A stretch of 64,000 nt of DNA, taken from Dipteris shenzhenensis. Its lineage: Eukaryota. The stretch's first letter is position 1, and the number at the start of each line of letters is the position of its first letter. The notes below the pieces were generated by a model. The model was not told where the DNA came from. It made no database searches and was given only the letters and a program-made list of their open reading frames with translations. Made by a program: the position numbers and the translations under genes. This document shows positions 35,461-50,100 of the stretch, one piece after another. The stretch lies in NCBI GenBank assembly GCA_047967505.1, contig CM106538.1. One strand, 5' to 3'.

Positions 35461-36299
35461 GGCTCCAAAAGGGGCCTCTAGACCTACATATGGTGGAAGA
35501 ATGCCAACTCTAACTGCAACCCAACGAGGGGCATCAGGTACGAGGTGTGCAATAGCAGGTGCTAGACATGTAAGACATGTTGATGGAGCACATTATTGAG
35601 ATGGGGCCACACCAGAAGACCTCTTAATCCTTTATCGGCTTCGAGAAACTTTTTCTAAAATGATGGGAAGGTTTGGTCTTTTAGAACTAGTTGAGATGGT
35701 ATAAACACCTTTGCTAGGCAAAATCGAGTGCCTGAGAGCCGCAAAGCCTATCCCAACCAACCATGACTGAGTCTATGCGGAGTGCGCCAAGCTCCACCAT
35801 ACCGGTGAGTACTACGGCACCGCATGTATGCTTCTACGAGGGAGGATCCTCATTTAGTGATACCTTTGAGCCAAAAATGCCAAGTGACTATGGGCCCCAA
35901 AATCCAATGGCATAAATGAATGAAAAGAATGAACCTAATGAGGATACATTGCCTAGAATGTCTTCTCCTTGACCCCCATTATATTTGACTTGGAGAAGTA
36001 GCTTAGAGAATACTCCATATCTAGTAGTTGCTCCTTATAGAATGGTGCCAAAACTAAGTGTGCCTATGCCTAGGCCACCCCCAAAGCAGTCGATAAGATT
36101 GAGCCTGCCATTAAAAAAAAAAGATTGAGCCCGCTACGAATACCAACTCTAGAGCCTCGTGGGTAAGGAACCACCAATCCTACCTGTGTTCGATTTACAA
36201 CCTTCTATAATCCTCCTCCAAGACAACCCACTTATGGCTTAGTGCCTTCCCTATGTATAAAAACATTGTGCTACAAATAGTGCTTACAAACAAAGCTAT

Positions 36300-37350
36300 G
36301 AGGATCCTAGTGTAAGTGCTAGGAAGGGGGGCCATGCCACCAACCTTTAGTGGAAGGGATACTAATGCTTTAAGGAATAAGCCGATCACAAACTCCAAAC
36401 TCATCAAAAAATGTTAGGTGAAGGAGATGCAGTGTCCCATGTGGAGAGATTTGACCATATTTGCAAAACTTTGGAGGACATTGGAGACTTTGATAAGATC
36501 AATTGTTTTGGGCTGAGCTTATATTGGAAGGTAGGTCAATGGTGTAGGGCTCTAAACCCTAGGGAGAAAATCAATTGGGACACACCGCAAAGATCATTCA
36601 TAATGGGGTTTGCCCTAGTGGTCCTAAATGGAGCCCCACGACCAACTATACGAGGTCAAGTAGAAGGAGACCAAGTCCCTTCATGACTACATTGCTCGAA
36701 TCAAGCAATTGAAATCATGGTGCAAACCGCATGACAAGAGGATGAGCGATGCACAACTCTTGCCATGCTTCCTCATAGGGATGTGGGACTCCAAGCTCCA
36801 TGACCATGTCTTTGCAATGAATCCAATGTCATTTGAGCTACACAGCAAGATTGATATTACCTTGGGTGACAATATGAAGGAGAAAGCCCAAGACAGGGCA
36901 CACGCATCTTCATCAAAGGTGTCGCAAGGCGACTAGTTCAGGTGAAACCAAGGATATAACCCCACCCGCCAAGGGCATGAACATGGAAGAGTTGGTCACC
37001 AACGTGATGAATTAGCTGAGCCAATACTTAAAGGGAGGAACGGCCAAAGAGGCCCCCATTAATCCTCATCTATTTCCAAGGCACAATAACGTGTGGTGTG
37101 GCACCTGCATAGGGAATCATTGTGCCCAATGTGCATGATGGAAAAATCATGATACTTCACAATGCCACTATCCTAAGGTCTTGCCCCCACCAATGTATGA
37201 TCAGAGCCCACCTCTGACATTGCTCGCACCACCTAACCATCTAGCAAGGGACAATTGACTACTCAAGGAGCCACTTTTGCCAATCAAGGGAAATATAGGC
37301 CTCAAAACCCCCCCTTACCTCCACCCCTCAACAACCTCCACCATGAATAA
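36300..37350 (+). mobile_element. Ty3/gypsy-like gag remnant
   Basis: GEGDAVSHVERFDHIC..FGLSL..KVGQW..INWD; YIARIKQLKSWC; degenerate Cys/His knuckles at ~37090-37170. Confidence 0.55.
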
Positions 37351-37500
37351 CTTCTATGAACTAGGTGGTGATAGTAGGGGAACTGCCAAGTGATTGGGAG
37401 GAACCAAATCACCCCCTTTTGGTGGGTGATTACTCAATATGAGAGTCCTACGAATTAGTATGGGTATATAAGTCACTTTGTTATGGAGGGTGATCAGTAT

Positions 37501-40500
37501 TGTGGGGGTTAAAGGCCACGGTACCTTAACCCCAATTATGTACAATACTCAAACACATATATATATGGATGGCATAGAAGATTAGGGTGTTCTGCACCCA
37601 CCAAAACTTGTGTGGCTCCCCCTCTCTCTCACCTTCTTCCATTCCGCTTTCGTTGGTTGAGATCTCTCAATGAGTATCTAAGCACGGGTGTTCTAGCTAA
37701 GCCCGACTGTGAGCTTGGAGCGCGAAGTCTGCTGCTGCAACTCTAAGGGAGGAAGGAGAAGCTCCATTGTGTGATTTTACTTGCATCTTGGTGTATAGAG
37801 ACCTTTCAAAAACCTTTGGAAAGTTCTTTGAGTGGTTTTGGAGCAAAAAAGACGTTTTTTAAATTATCTTGTTCCAGAGTCCGGAATGACTTGCAGAGAC
37901 AACCATTGCTTGATTTTGGTGTCCATTGCACTTTGGGAATTCAAAAACTCCTTCATTCTTGAATTTGGGATCATTTCATTGGATTTCTGACTCACTGTCT
38001 TTGCTTAAACGTTTTTCTACCAGTGTCTTGGAACTTAAGTTTGAAGTAACCAATCGCAGATCTATCAATTTCGGTGGACGCAGGAGGTACTAAAACTTCT
38101 ATCTTGCTCATCATTTGCACTTAGATGGTGTTTACAAACCCCGGTGATTGGGACCACAGTTTCCAAAACCGTTTGTTCCATTGCGTTTTGAAGGCCCAAA
38201 AACCCCTACCTTAGCTCTTGCACAATTCCGTGGAGATTTTGAGAAGTTTCGTCTCTCTGAGATGCCGAATCGTCTGTTTCTCTATCAAAAATCCATTCAA
38301 GGTTCAAACCTTTGATTTCTTGATTACAGGTCAATTGCAAGGGTTGACTCGTTTCCCATTCATCGGTTGGGATTTTGGAGCTCTGGCAGAAGAGATTTAT
38401 TTGCAGATTTTCTTGCTAGGTTCTATTTTCACTAGCGGTCATTACCATGGGGCTGTAATTTCTTGAATATGCCTTATGCAGATCACTCTGGTTGTAGTCT
38501 GAGCTATGTGCGCTCATTCGTGGTTTGCATTGGGTTGCAACGGATGCTTTACAAGCCATTTAGATGCATTGTGATCCTTGTTGGATGCGCTGATAGGCCC
38601 ATATTACCTTGTGAGATGCTTTATTAATGGACGTTTAGCACAGATGCTATTTTAAGCTGAGGGATAGCTCTACCACATTACAATTGATGCATTGATAGTT
38701 GTATGCTCTCTTCGATGAGACGTTACTGATGCTTATGCCTATGGCCAGTGTTTATGCTTGAGGCATTTGGCTCTTATTGGCATTGGGTTTGCCACTGTTT
38801 TGTAATAGTAGGTTCACATTTTCTTTTGGGCCAGATTTGCTCATATGGATGCATAGTATATGCCAATGAGTCATATGCATTTTGATGCTTCGAGCCTTGA
38901 GTTTTGGTGACAAGGCAAACATATTTGGGTGCACTTGGAATTTGGTATGATTTCTCTCTTGCAGGTACTATCATTTGGGATTTCGTTTCATTTGCATCAT
39001 GGCATCCTCTTTCATGTTTGAAAAGGAAATTTTTAGCATTAAAAAGTTTGATGGGACAAACTTTTCTTTGTGGAAAGAACAGATAAGGAATGTGCTTATT
39101 CAAAAGAAGCAGATTAAACCCTTAGCAGGGATTGAAGCTAAGCCTGCAGATATGTCTGAGGATGATTGGAATGAGTTGGATGCATTAGCAAAGTCTACTG
39201 TTAGACTTCATCTTGCAGAGTCAATTTATTTCACAGTAGTAAATGTGTAGACTACGGAAGATTTGTGGAAGAAATTGTGTGCCAATTATGAGAAGGAAAC
39301 TGCCTCTAATAAAGTTTACCTCATGAAGAGGTTGTTTGAGCTATAAATGAAGGAAGGGGTCTCCATTGCTTCTCACTTGAATGAATTCAATATTATTTTT
39401 AGCTAGCTTCAGGCTCAAAAGATGAATTTTGATGCAGAGACTAAGGTAATATTCCTCTTGTGTTTAATGCCATCCTCATGGGATACCTTCCGTACAGCTG
39501 TTAGTAACTCTGCACCTGGTGGAGTACTAAAGATTGATGATGTTGTGGGTAGCTTGTTGGCCGATGAGATTAGACCAAAGTCTATGGAAGGCAACAAGCA
39601 AGATGAAGCCTTAAATGTGGAAAGGGGCATATCATAGTTCAGGGGGAAGTCCCAAGAAAGAGGGAAGTCTCGTAGCAAATCCACGGCACAAAACATTGAG
39701 TGTTACCATTATGGCAAGAAGGGCCACATGAAAAAGGATTGTTACAAGCTGAAAAGAGAGCAAAAGGATAAGAAAAATAATGCAAATTGGGATCCAAATA
39801 AGAAGGAAGAGAGTCTAAGGGAGGACAAAGGAAAAATGAAGGTCGAGGAAATTAATAGTCACTGATAATAGTGACAATAATATTCTCTTCATGTCTAGTC
39901 TACATGCAGACTTGCTTACCACTTCAGATGATGCATATATCCAGGATTGGATTTTGAATAGGTTGTTCCCTCTTAGACATATTGTGCATGTGAAATAGTG
40001 GGAAGGTAGGTTGTGTGCATCTTGGACATACTGTGCATGTGAAATAGTGGGAGCAAGTGACATAAAGTTTTGTTTTGCAAATGGGTCTGCATTTATTGTT
40101 GGAAAAATGTGAGACATGTGCCTAAGCTAACTAAGAGTCTTATTTCAACGGGTCAGCTAGATGATGCTGGTTTTTAGAGTTGGAAAATTCAAAAGGGATC
40201 TATGGTGTTGGCAAGAAGTAAGCCTGATTTCGGTCGAGGAGACTTGGTTTATTACCAAGAGGGTTAATTGCGATTAACCAGAGAACTAGAGAGCTGACTA
40301 TGGTCAGAGAGTGTTGACTTCGGTCAACGAGACTTGGCATGCGCCTAGAGGGTTAACTACAGTTAATCAAGATGTGCCAACTTCGGTTGGAGAGACTTGA
40401 TTATAATTAAGGCACCTGTATTCATTGGGGACGCCCACCGTGACTAGGATTAGTCCACAGTTTATTATTTGCATGCAACAACGCTAACAATTAATGGGTG

Positions 40501-41784
40501 CCATGGTGGTGCGCTTTAATTAATTGTTGCAAGTACTAAGAAGGGTTGATTTCCCAAGTGCTAAGGGGTGCCAAGTGTGGGACATTATATCCCGTTGTTG
40601 TAATAACCGAGAACCCAGGTACTTCTTTGCGGCATTGTCAGTTGGGGCACATGAGCCAGGATGGAATGAAACTCCACATGAGCCAGGATGGAATGAAACT
40701 CATGCCATTTGGGTTATGTACCACATTTTGAGTTTTTTTGAATTTGAATTTTGTGAGCATTGTCTCTATGGGAAGCAGACTAAAGCAGCCACTGAAAGCA
40801 GGGAAAGAAAGAGCTTTAAAGGCTTGATTTGGTGCATTCAAACATATGTGGTCCCATGCCTACACGGTCCATGTATCGAATGTGCAGGAACTAGTACTAA
40901 AAGGTACTCCCACAGGTACATAGTTAAGAGCAAATGATGGATCATCTATTGGTGGAAATGATGAGCCAAATGTGGCTAATATACAGGCATGCCAGCAATT
41001 TGGAATGCCCTTGAGAAGATCAGCTAGAGTGACTAGACCACCTAAGAGACTTATTCCAGGGCAAACTATGTGATGCTTACTGAATGCGGGGAGCCTTCTT
41101 GCTATAGGGAGGCAATGATGCACGAGGATCAGTGCAAGTGGGGGTATGCTATGCAATAAGAGATGAATTCACTCATGAAAAATAAGACTTGGAACTTGGT
41201 TTCTTTGCCACATGGAAAGAAAGCAATGCCATGTAAATGGGTCTATAAGATGAAGGTAACAGGTGATGATGTGCCTAAGTATAAGGCCTGTTTGGTTGCT
41301 AAAGGTTCAAGCAAGAGAAGGGTGTGGACTTTTATGAGATCTTCTCTCCGATTGTGAAGATGACCACACTTAGATGTGTAATTCGACTTGTGGTGGTAGA
41401 GGATATGCAACTTATGCATATGGATGTCAAGATAGCTTTCTTGCATGGGGATTTGCATGAGGAAATTTACATGGTACGACTAGAAGGCTTTGAAGAAAAG
41501 GGCAAAGAGAATTTGGTTTGCAAGTTGAAAAAGAGTCTCTATGGCCTTAAGCAAGTGCTTAGAGAATGGTATCAAAAGTTTGATGCATTCATTTAGTCCC
41601 ATGGTTTCAGAAGAAGTGAGATTGATCACTACCTCTATACTAAAAAGGCTAAGGATAATAGCTTGATATTCCTAGCACTTGATATGCTATTAGCTAGCAA
41701 GAACGCTTATGAGGTCAATGCATTAAAGGCCAAGTTGCATGAGGCCTTTGACATGAAGGATTTACGAGCTGCAGAACATATTCT
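37501..41784 (+). mobile_element. Copia (Tnt1/Tto1-like) copy 1: 5' LTR 37501-37669, gag-pol with integrase core deleted, truncated in RT
   Basis: LTR TG..CTCTCA with degenerate PBS; gag IKKFDGTNFSLWKEQI from ATG ~38999; GAG-pre-integrase; RT KKSLYGLKQ..EWYQKFD; many stop codons. Confidence 0.92.
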
Positions 41785-43937
41785 TATTGGGGTTAAAGGT
41801 CACTGTATCTTTACCCCGGTTATGTACAATACTCAAACACATATATAAATGAATGAAAAAGAAGATTGGGGTGTTCTGCACCCACTAAAACTTGTGTGCT
41901 CTCTGTTTCTCTCTCTCCCTCTTCCATTCTTGCTTCCGTTGAGAGCACTCTCAACTGGTATCAGAGCCTGGGTGATCTAGCTTAGCGTGCGTGAATGCCT
42001 AGAAGCTTAGTAGCTCTGTGGGAGGAAGGAGAAGCTCTGTGGGAAGCTTTGTGGGTGACTTTACTTACATCCGAGTGTGCAGAGACCTTGGCGGAATGTT
42101 TGGAAAAGTCACTTTGGTTTTGCGAAGTGGTTTTGAGAGCCTGTTAAGTGTTTTCAAAGAAAAAGTCGTTTTTTAAGCTTTTCCCTATTCCGTTCGACGA
42201 CAGAGACTCCATATTGACTTGTAGAGGCAACTATTGCTTGCTTTTGGTGTCCAATTCACTTTAGGAGCTTGGAAACACCTTCATTCTTGAATATGGGATC
42301 ATTTCATTGGATTTATGATTCACTGTATCAGTTCCTATGTTTTTCTGCCCGGGTGTTGGAACTCAAGTATGGAGCAACCATTTGTAGATCTATCAGTTTC
42401 GGTGGACTCAGGAGGTCCTAAAACTTCTATGTTGCTCATCATTCGCACTCCAGTGGAGTTTACAAACAGTTGAGTTTCCAAAAATGTTTTTCAGTCTGTG
42501 TGTTGGACCCAGTGATTGGGACCACGATTTCCAAAACCGTTTGTCCCATTGCGTTTCGAATGCCTAAAAACCCCTACCTGTTAGTTCTTGTGCAACTCGG
42601 TGGAGTATTTCTAGAGTTATAGATCTCTGTGTATTGAATTTCGTCTCTCTGTTATGCATTTTTCATTCTAAGATTTTGAAACCTTAGATTTATGCCACAT
42701 GGCAGTGGATAAGTGTTGACTCCCATTTCTCACTCATCGATTAGGATTTTGGAGTTCCAATAGAAGAGAGATATTTGCAAATTTTCTTGCTGAGTCCGAT
42801 TATGCAATGGCACCCATGTTTTGAGGCATCTCAAGTTCTATTTTCAGTAGCGGTCATTGCCATGGGACCATGATTTCTTGAGCATACCTTATGCAGATCA
42901 CTCTGGTTGCAGTTTGAGCCATGTGCGCTCATTTGTGGTGTGCATTGGGTTGCAATGGATGATTTATAGGCCATTCGGATGCATTGCAATCCTTATTGGA
43001 TGTGCTGATAGGCCTAGATTGAGGCCCAGATTGCCTTGTGGGATGCTATTTTTTATGGACGCTTTGCACATGGATGCTATTTTATGCTGAGGGCAGCTTT
43101 GACACATTGCACGTGATGCACTGATAGTGTTCTGCTCTCTTGGATGAGATATTATTGATGCATATTCCCATGGACGATGTTTATGCTTGAGCGATTTAGC
43201 ACTTATTTGCATTTTGGATTGCCATTGCAATTGGCATTTTCTTTTGGGCCAGATTTGCTCATAGGGATGCATAGTACATGCACATGAGTCAGCTGCATCT
43301 TTTGATGCTTTGAGCTTTGAGTTTTGGTGATATTTCACTCTATTGTGGCATACACATTTGGGTGCACCTAGAATTTGGTATGATTCTCTCTTGTAGGCAC
43401 TAGCATTTGGGATTTTGCTTTATTTGCAGCATGGCATCCTCTTCCATGTTTGAAAAGGAGTTTTTCAACATTAAAAAGTTTGATGGGACAAACTTTTCTT
43501 TGTGGAAAGAACAGATAAGGGATGTGCTTATTCAAAAGAAGCAGATTAAACCCTTGGTAGGGATTGAAGCTAAGCCTACAAATATGTCTGAGGATGATTG
43601 GAATGAGTTAGATGCATTAGCAAAGTCTACTATTAGACTTCATCTTGCAGAGTCAGTTTATTTCATAGTAGTAAATGAGCAGATTACGGAAGATTTGTGA
43701 AAAAAACTGTGTATCACTTATGAGAAGGAAACTACCTCTAATAAAGTTTACCTCATGAAGAGGTTGTTTGAGCTGCAGATGAAGGAAGGGGTCTCCATTG
43801 CTTCTCACTTGAATGAATTCAATATCATTTTCAACCAGCTTCAGGCGCAGAAGATGAATTTTGATGCAGAGACTAAGGCAATATTTCTCTTATGTTCATT
43901 GCCATCCTCATGGGATTCCTTTTGTACAGTTGTCAGT
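41785..43937 (+). mobile_element. Copia copy 2: 5' LTR 41785-41953, PBS, leader, truncated gag
   Basis: PBS TGGTATCAGAGC (tRNA-iMet) at 41956-41967; gag ATG 43431; abuts copy 1 RT at CATATTCT. Confidence 0.92.
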
Positions 43938-46030
43938 CACTGATCTCTGACGACTTAGAACTTATCAAGCTCACAAGTGACTCCAAACAATCGAATGGCG
44001 ACCCAACAGCCATCACTAAGAAGATGACAAAATCTTTGAGATCCCATTAGATTCCCAAAGATTTTGGTCATCCTTATCTTAGCCGAGTATTGACACGTGG
44101 CTATTTGGTAACCACCTCAGGGCTTGATCACAAAGATGGCACATGGCACCTTATCCTCTTGCCATGCCACCCTTATGTTACCATGTCATGATTCATGATA
44201 GCTTGTAAACTACCACATCATCCTTATCCTCCACGTGTCATATCCACCCAATTACCACATCATCATCCAACTGATAGTACCATGTCATCTTATCCAATTA
44301 CCATATCATCATCCAACTAATAGTGCCATGTCATCTTATCCAATTGCCACATCATCAATTGATTGTGTATTGCCACCATGTCTATTGCCATGTCAGCACA
44401 TTGACTCGATTACCATATCAATAGACTACCACATCATCAACCACATCATTAGCCACATCACTCATACCATGTCAACACACTACCACATCATCACTGCCAC
44501 ATGATAGTACACAGCCTCTTATCTTTCCATAGGCAGTGTATGTGAATATAGGTGCCACTTCATCAATGCTCCAGAGGCACACCTCTTGCCAAGCATAGCT
44601 TTTTCCTATTTTTGCCCCTCCACCTAGATCAAGATGTATCTCTTGATCCAGGAAGAATTTGAGGGTACTCCAAAAAGGAAAAGTGCTTGATTTTTTGTGC
44701 TCTACATGCTCATCACATCATGTGCACATTTCAGTGCTTGTATCATACACTTTGTTAAACACGAAGAGATAGAGCAGAGGAAAGGCTACAATAGGAATAA
44801 AATCCCACCTTGGCATGGACAAGTACCGTTGTAATATGAGAAATAGGGAAAGTGGTGAGGAGGAGTAGGGTTGGCCCTCCCTTCAAAAGGTGCTATGTAT
44901 AAAGGCTAGAAAGTTTGACTTTGGTTCTTCATTTATAAGTGTGCAAGTTTGAGAAATAGAAGACTTCCTTCTCTCTAAGTGATGTTGTTCGTGTTCCTCA
45001 TGTTCTTGCCTTTGTGATATGCTCTCACCCCCTTCCCCCTTCTTGCTTCATGCATTCCCTCGCCTTCTCTCTCTCCTCTCCCCTCTTCCTTCTCTCCTCC
45101 CCCTCTCTTTCTCTCTATTCCCTTCTTGAGGATTCACATTGTTGCAACTCCGGAAGCCATTGACGTGACACCTTGGACCACATGAGCTTGCATTTCTCCC
45201 ACAAGGAATAGTAGGAGGTGTGGAGTTCCCTCGACATCCCTCCAAGATCCCCTCTTCTTGTGGAGTCATTGCCAGAGACTACACATTTTTGGAGCTATTG
45301 CTAGGGAGATAGAGGTATACTTTTGCTTGCACATGCTTCTTCCATTATTTCCCATTGCCATGAAGCTTGGTTGTGGATTTTAGTGTAGAGAGTAAGTTGA
45401 AAGAGTGAAAAAAGTGAGTGAAAAGGAAGAGGAAGAAGATTCAAACTGTTTTTCGATAGTTTTGTGTGCATTAGAGATCTCAAAATATAGGAGGGAGTGC
45501 TTTGAATCATTGCTAAGCCTTGGATGAAGTCTCATCCCACTGGAAAGGATGAATGGTGATGATTGGGCTGAAGTTTCAAGGTCTTGGAAATGACAAACAA
45601 TCCATCTTGGGAAGAAAACCTTCCATTTTGTCTAAATTTTCTTGCTTTTTGCTATTTTTGATTTTTTTTTGGTTGCTTCTTGTTGTTTAGTACGTAGATA
45701 AGTTATAAAACAAGTCCTTACACACTCTAAACACTACACATAGGCCCAGTAAACTCAAAGAATCTTGGCAATTCCATTGATTAGAGAGTTCCTAGAGAGA
45801 AGTACTAGGTTAGCTTAATGCAATAAACACGTCAGGTTAATGACCTAGCACACAGCGAGTAATTTCTATCGAGATAGTGTTGACTTTGCTGGGTTAGCGG
45901 TGACCATGTGGGGATAGCATTGACTTTATGGGGTTAGTCTTGTAACACTCTGATATCATCTGACAGTGATGTGATTGATAGCCTGACATCTGACAAAATC
46001 TCTGATAGCTACCATAATCAAAGATCAAAT
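43938..46030. mobile_element. Unclassified LTR-element-like non-coding remnant
   Basis: Dense CCACATCA/TGCCAC/CATGTCA motifs at 44140-44500, CT-rich tract at 45030-45130, PBS-like TGATATCAGAG on minus at ~45948-45958 next to a CA. Confidence 0.35.
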
Positions 46031-47109
46031 CTTGTCCAAATTAGGGGTCAACCTTAACCCCATGCACTTCATATTACTAACTCGGTGGACACATAACCTT
46101 ATTGTCCCAATCTCATCCTCTGTGCACGGCCCTTTATAAGGCAATAGTTTAAGTTCGAAAGACTCAATGAGCTTTGACACTAAAATGGGGGAGAACCCAA
46201 ACCCTGAAGCCACTATGGATCCTAACTCTAATTTGATTAGCCACACCCTCGACCATAGCCTCATGTTTGAGGAAGTCCTTCTCTAATTTTATGGGATGGT
46301 TTGTCTTATTTGACCCTGACTTAGTCAACCCCTTCGCCACACAAACTAGAATACCAAAAGAGCAGCAAAATCCTCTACGAGCTTCTACATCTAATAATGC
46401 TCAAAGCTACCCCGTGCCGGCCTTGACCATGGATGCTCCAGGTCCTCATGTTCAATTCTATGAGGGTGAATGATGCTTTACAAAAACCTCAGAGACCTAT
46501 GTGGGAAAATACCCTCTCACGTAGGATGGCCCCTCATCCCAATCTGTACTCAACTTGGGTAGGATCCCCAAAGGGCACTCCTTTCCCAATGACTGCACTA
46601 TGGAAACCAATGCCTAATGTAACAATGCATATGTCTAGATTACACTTTGGGTCGGTATCGGTCCTTGAAAGATTTTTCCAAAATATCAGAACTCAACATC
46701 AAAAACTCAGTAGTGATAGCAAGGAGAAGACCAAGATGGTGGTTCAATCCCTCTTATATAAACATGAGTGACTTGAAAAGAAACACCCTAAGCAACATCA
46801 TCAGAAACCTAAAAAACTTAAGTAGTGGCAGCAATAGCATACTGAGCAGCAACCCCTTGTACCAGGTCAATAGAGATTTCCTGTCTAGAATGACTCTGAG
46901 AAGCAACACCTTGAAAAGAGGGCTCAGTAGGGTCTAAGCAGCAACACTTGGAGCAAGGTTCGAAGTAGCAGCACCTTGAGCATAGCATCAGCTTGAGTAG
47001 AAGTCTAAGTAGCATTACCTTGAGTAGGGGGTTTCCTATGGTAGTAATGAGGGGCTTATCATGATCATTATCCAAATTACATCTGTTGATATGGCTGGCA
47101 AGATCCTTG

Positions 47110-50100
47110 CCCAGCATGGTGTGTTTTGATTATATGCACTTATCTAGAAGTCAAGTCTCCTTTTCTCCTATCCCACCATGACATAAACATAGCATCAGTA
47201 AGCATCACAACATCATTAAACTAGAAGTTGTTTCTAGATATCTAAATGAGCCACAAAGAATGGGCCATGATTTGGAACCAAAGATCCTGCTTGGTCTTGA
47301 AGGCATCCCCTAATAAAATAGCTTTCCAATTAACTGGTTCCCCAATTTCCATCTAAATGTATTTCCACACTTTTCTAGCATGAGGAAAAGCAACAAAAAG
47401 ATGGAAAATGTCCACCAATAACACCAAGGCATCTTTTGCATTTACCATCTCCTCTCCCTATCCCGAGTCCCCTTGCATTGGCCCACACAAATTTATGAAG
47501 TATAAGCCAAACTAGGCATGACATTTTTTTAGGGACCTTCTTATTCCATACCTTCCCAAATCTTTCATACCATTTCTCTCTATTGTCCTAGAGTAGCCAC
47601 CTTGCATTAAGAGTTCTAAAAAGATCCTCAATATCAGAGGATGGGGTGGGGATTTGGACGAAGAGAAGTGCTTCCCAACCAACCAAATTTGTTGTGGTAG
47701 ATCAAGAAAGTGCCACATTTCCAATGTGTGTTCCCTTACCATAGCTCTAATCTACTCATAACCATTAGCTGTTGGCACTGACTGGTTAATGCAAGTTCCC
47801 TCCTAATTTCTTCCCAAGTCTTCCATCTTAACTGCTCTTTATTCCAAAGTTGTCCCCGATTTTGCAGTCCTTTCTTGAACATAAGGTTGGCTAGGAGAAA
47901 TTGTTCATCATTGAGTTGTGCATTTTTGAAGACAGTAGAGACCCATGTAGAGTCAATAGCCATAAGGGATCCCTTGCCAATAAATTATTAAAAAGCCTTT
48001 ATTTCCTCAAAATATTTCCAAATGGATTGCCAAAGAGGACTCCACTTTCATATTTCTCAAAAGGAGCTAGGCCCAGTCACAGCCTAGACTCAAAATGGCC
48101 TTGATCACCCATGTGGCAGAAAACTTTCTGCCAGCTAGAGCTATGTCAATCACTCCTAACCCACCTTCTCCCTTAGATTTGATGAAGTAGGTCCATCTTA
48201 CTTTAGATATTCTAGAGTTTCCTCCCTAGAGAAAGGATCCCTAGATCCTAATAAATCTATCTAGTTTAGCTTTGGATGGGGCCCAAGATGATAAATAAAA
48301 AATGGATATCGGATAAATATAATGGTTGAGCACCAACATTTTGCCTACAAGATTGGCTTGAGGGCCCCTCCATTTGTCAATATTCTTTTGAAATCTCTCC
48401 ATAAACCAATCCCATCTTTGTTTCATAGATATATCAAATCCCATGGGAATTCCCATCAATTTGAAAACATAACCCTTGTTGATGACTTGGCATCCCTATT
48501 CTTTCAATTTTTCTTGTCCACATCCTTTTAGAGTAGCATACCAAGTCTTTGAGTGATTAATTCTAGAACCAAAGGCCTTGCAAAAGATATCCAGACACTT
48601 CAAAGTGAATTCAACATCTGAACCGTATTTCTAGGTGTGAGAGTTGTGTCATCAGCAAAGTGTTGGTAGACTAACTATTTGCAAAAAATTAGTTCTATGC
48701 CTCTAAGGTTACCTTCCTTGACCTGGCTTTTAAGTAGCCACCCTAAAGCATCAGGTGAAATTGCAAATAGCAAAGGGGCTAGAGTACATCCTTGTTTGAT
48801 TGATCTCTTCAAAGGAAAGGCCTGGGCTCATGTCACCATTGACACATATTTTAGCAGAAGCATTGGTGAGTAGCAACCTCACATAAGAAACAAAAGAGGG
48901 TCCAACCCCAAGGATTGAATAAGGAAATCCCACTCTAATCTATCATAGGCTTTGTCAAATTCCACCTTGATAAAACAAATATTATGTTTAGTTTCTTTGG
49001 CATACTCACATCCCTCCCAAAATTTTAATGATGGCCTCAAGAAGATAATGTCCTTTAATAAACCCTTTTTGTTCCTGCAGAATCCATTCCTTCAGGTTCT
49101 TTTGAACCTTGAGAGCCAAAAGGTCTAGCAAAGGTCTTGTAGCTACAACCAGGGGCCTCCAGTTTCTAAGATCATCTTTAGATCCTTCTTTGGGAATGAG
49201 CTTGATAACTCCCCCATTAATGTGTGATGGCAAAGCCCCATTCTTTAAGCTTTCTTGCCACAATAAGAGAAGATAAGGGCCAATCACATCCCAAAATTCT
49301 TTGTAGAACTCAATGGGCAATCCATCCTCACCTAGACTTTTCCCTTCTGCCATAATAGATATAGTTTCCTTCATCTCTTCCAATGAGAGGGGCCTCTCTC
49401 TAGCCTCTATACCTCTTCATGTGGTATCATAGAAGAAGAGAGCAGGGTTTGGAAGTGACTTTGAATAAGGTTTATGTTATCCTCCTTGGAAGAGACCAAA
49501 GTGTTATCAACATTCTTCAGTAAAGTAATTTCGTCACATTAGCCCTTTTTCTTCAAATGAGTTTGAAGGTTCTTTAATAGGTCTGTCCAACTTTCCTGCC
49601 CACCATTCTCTGAAATATATCATTTAGCCTAATTTGTTCCTGCCTTCCAAGCTCTTTTCTGGCTACCAACAGGTCAGCCTATGCATCTAAGTCCCCCAAG
49701 CTGGCCAAGGCTTCTAATCTCTTAATCATTTCCTAAATGTTATGCATCCTCTATTGAGCTCTAATTTTTCTCCTCGCTATCTTAAGCACTTTCTGAGTGT
49801 TCTCTACTACTACTACCCAAGAGTCAACATTCTCCCAGATTATCTTTATGATAGACTGAACACTCTTTAGGGAGAAAACTTTTAGGTTAGCTTTAAACTA
49901 GGGGGAACATCTTTGCTTAGATCCAAAATCACAATAAAGGAAGACCGGTTTGTGATTTGACAAAGATAAAGATGAGAAAGTCTGAGTTCTCATAGAACTC
50001 AAGCTACCTAAGAATCCCTGGGATAAGTAAAACCTATCAAGTCTAGCCTTCCTCCTATAATCTCTAACCTGACTATTGCACTAAGTGGAATCCCCCTTTG

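Noticed and set aside
44235-44504. His/Ile-rich ORF
   Set aside because: Translation of CCACATCA-type non-coding motifs.
46267-47110. Cluster of short ORFs, possible gag
   Set aside because: No convincing gag or zinc-knuckle motif; left unassigned.
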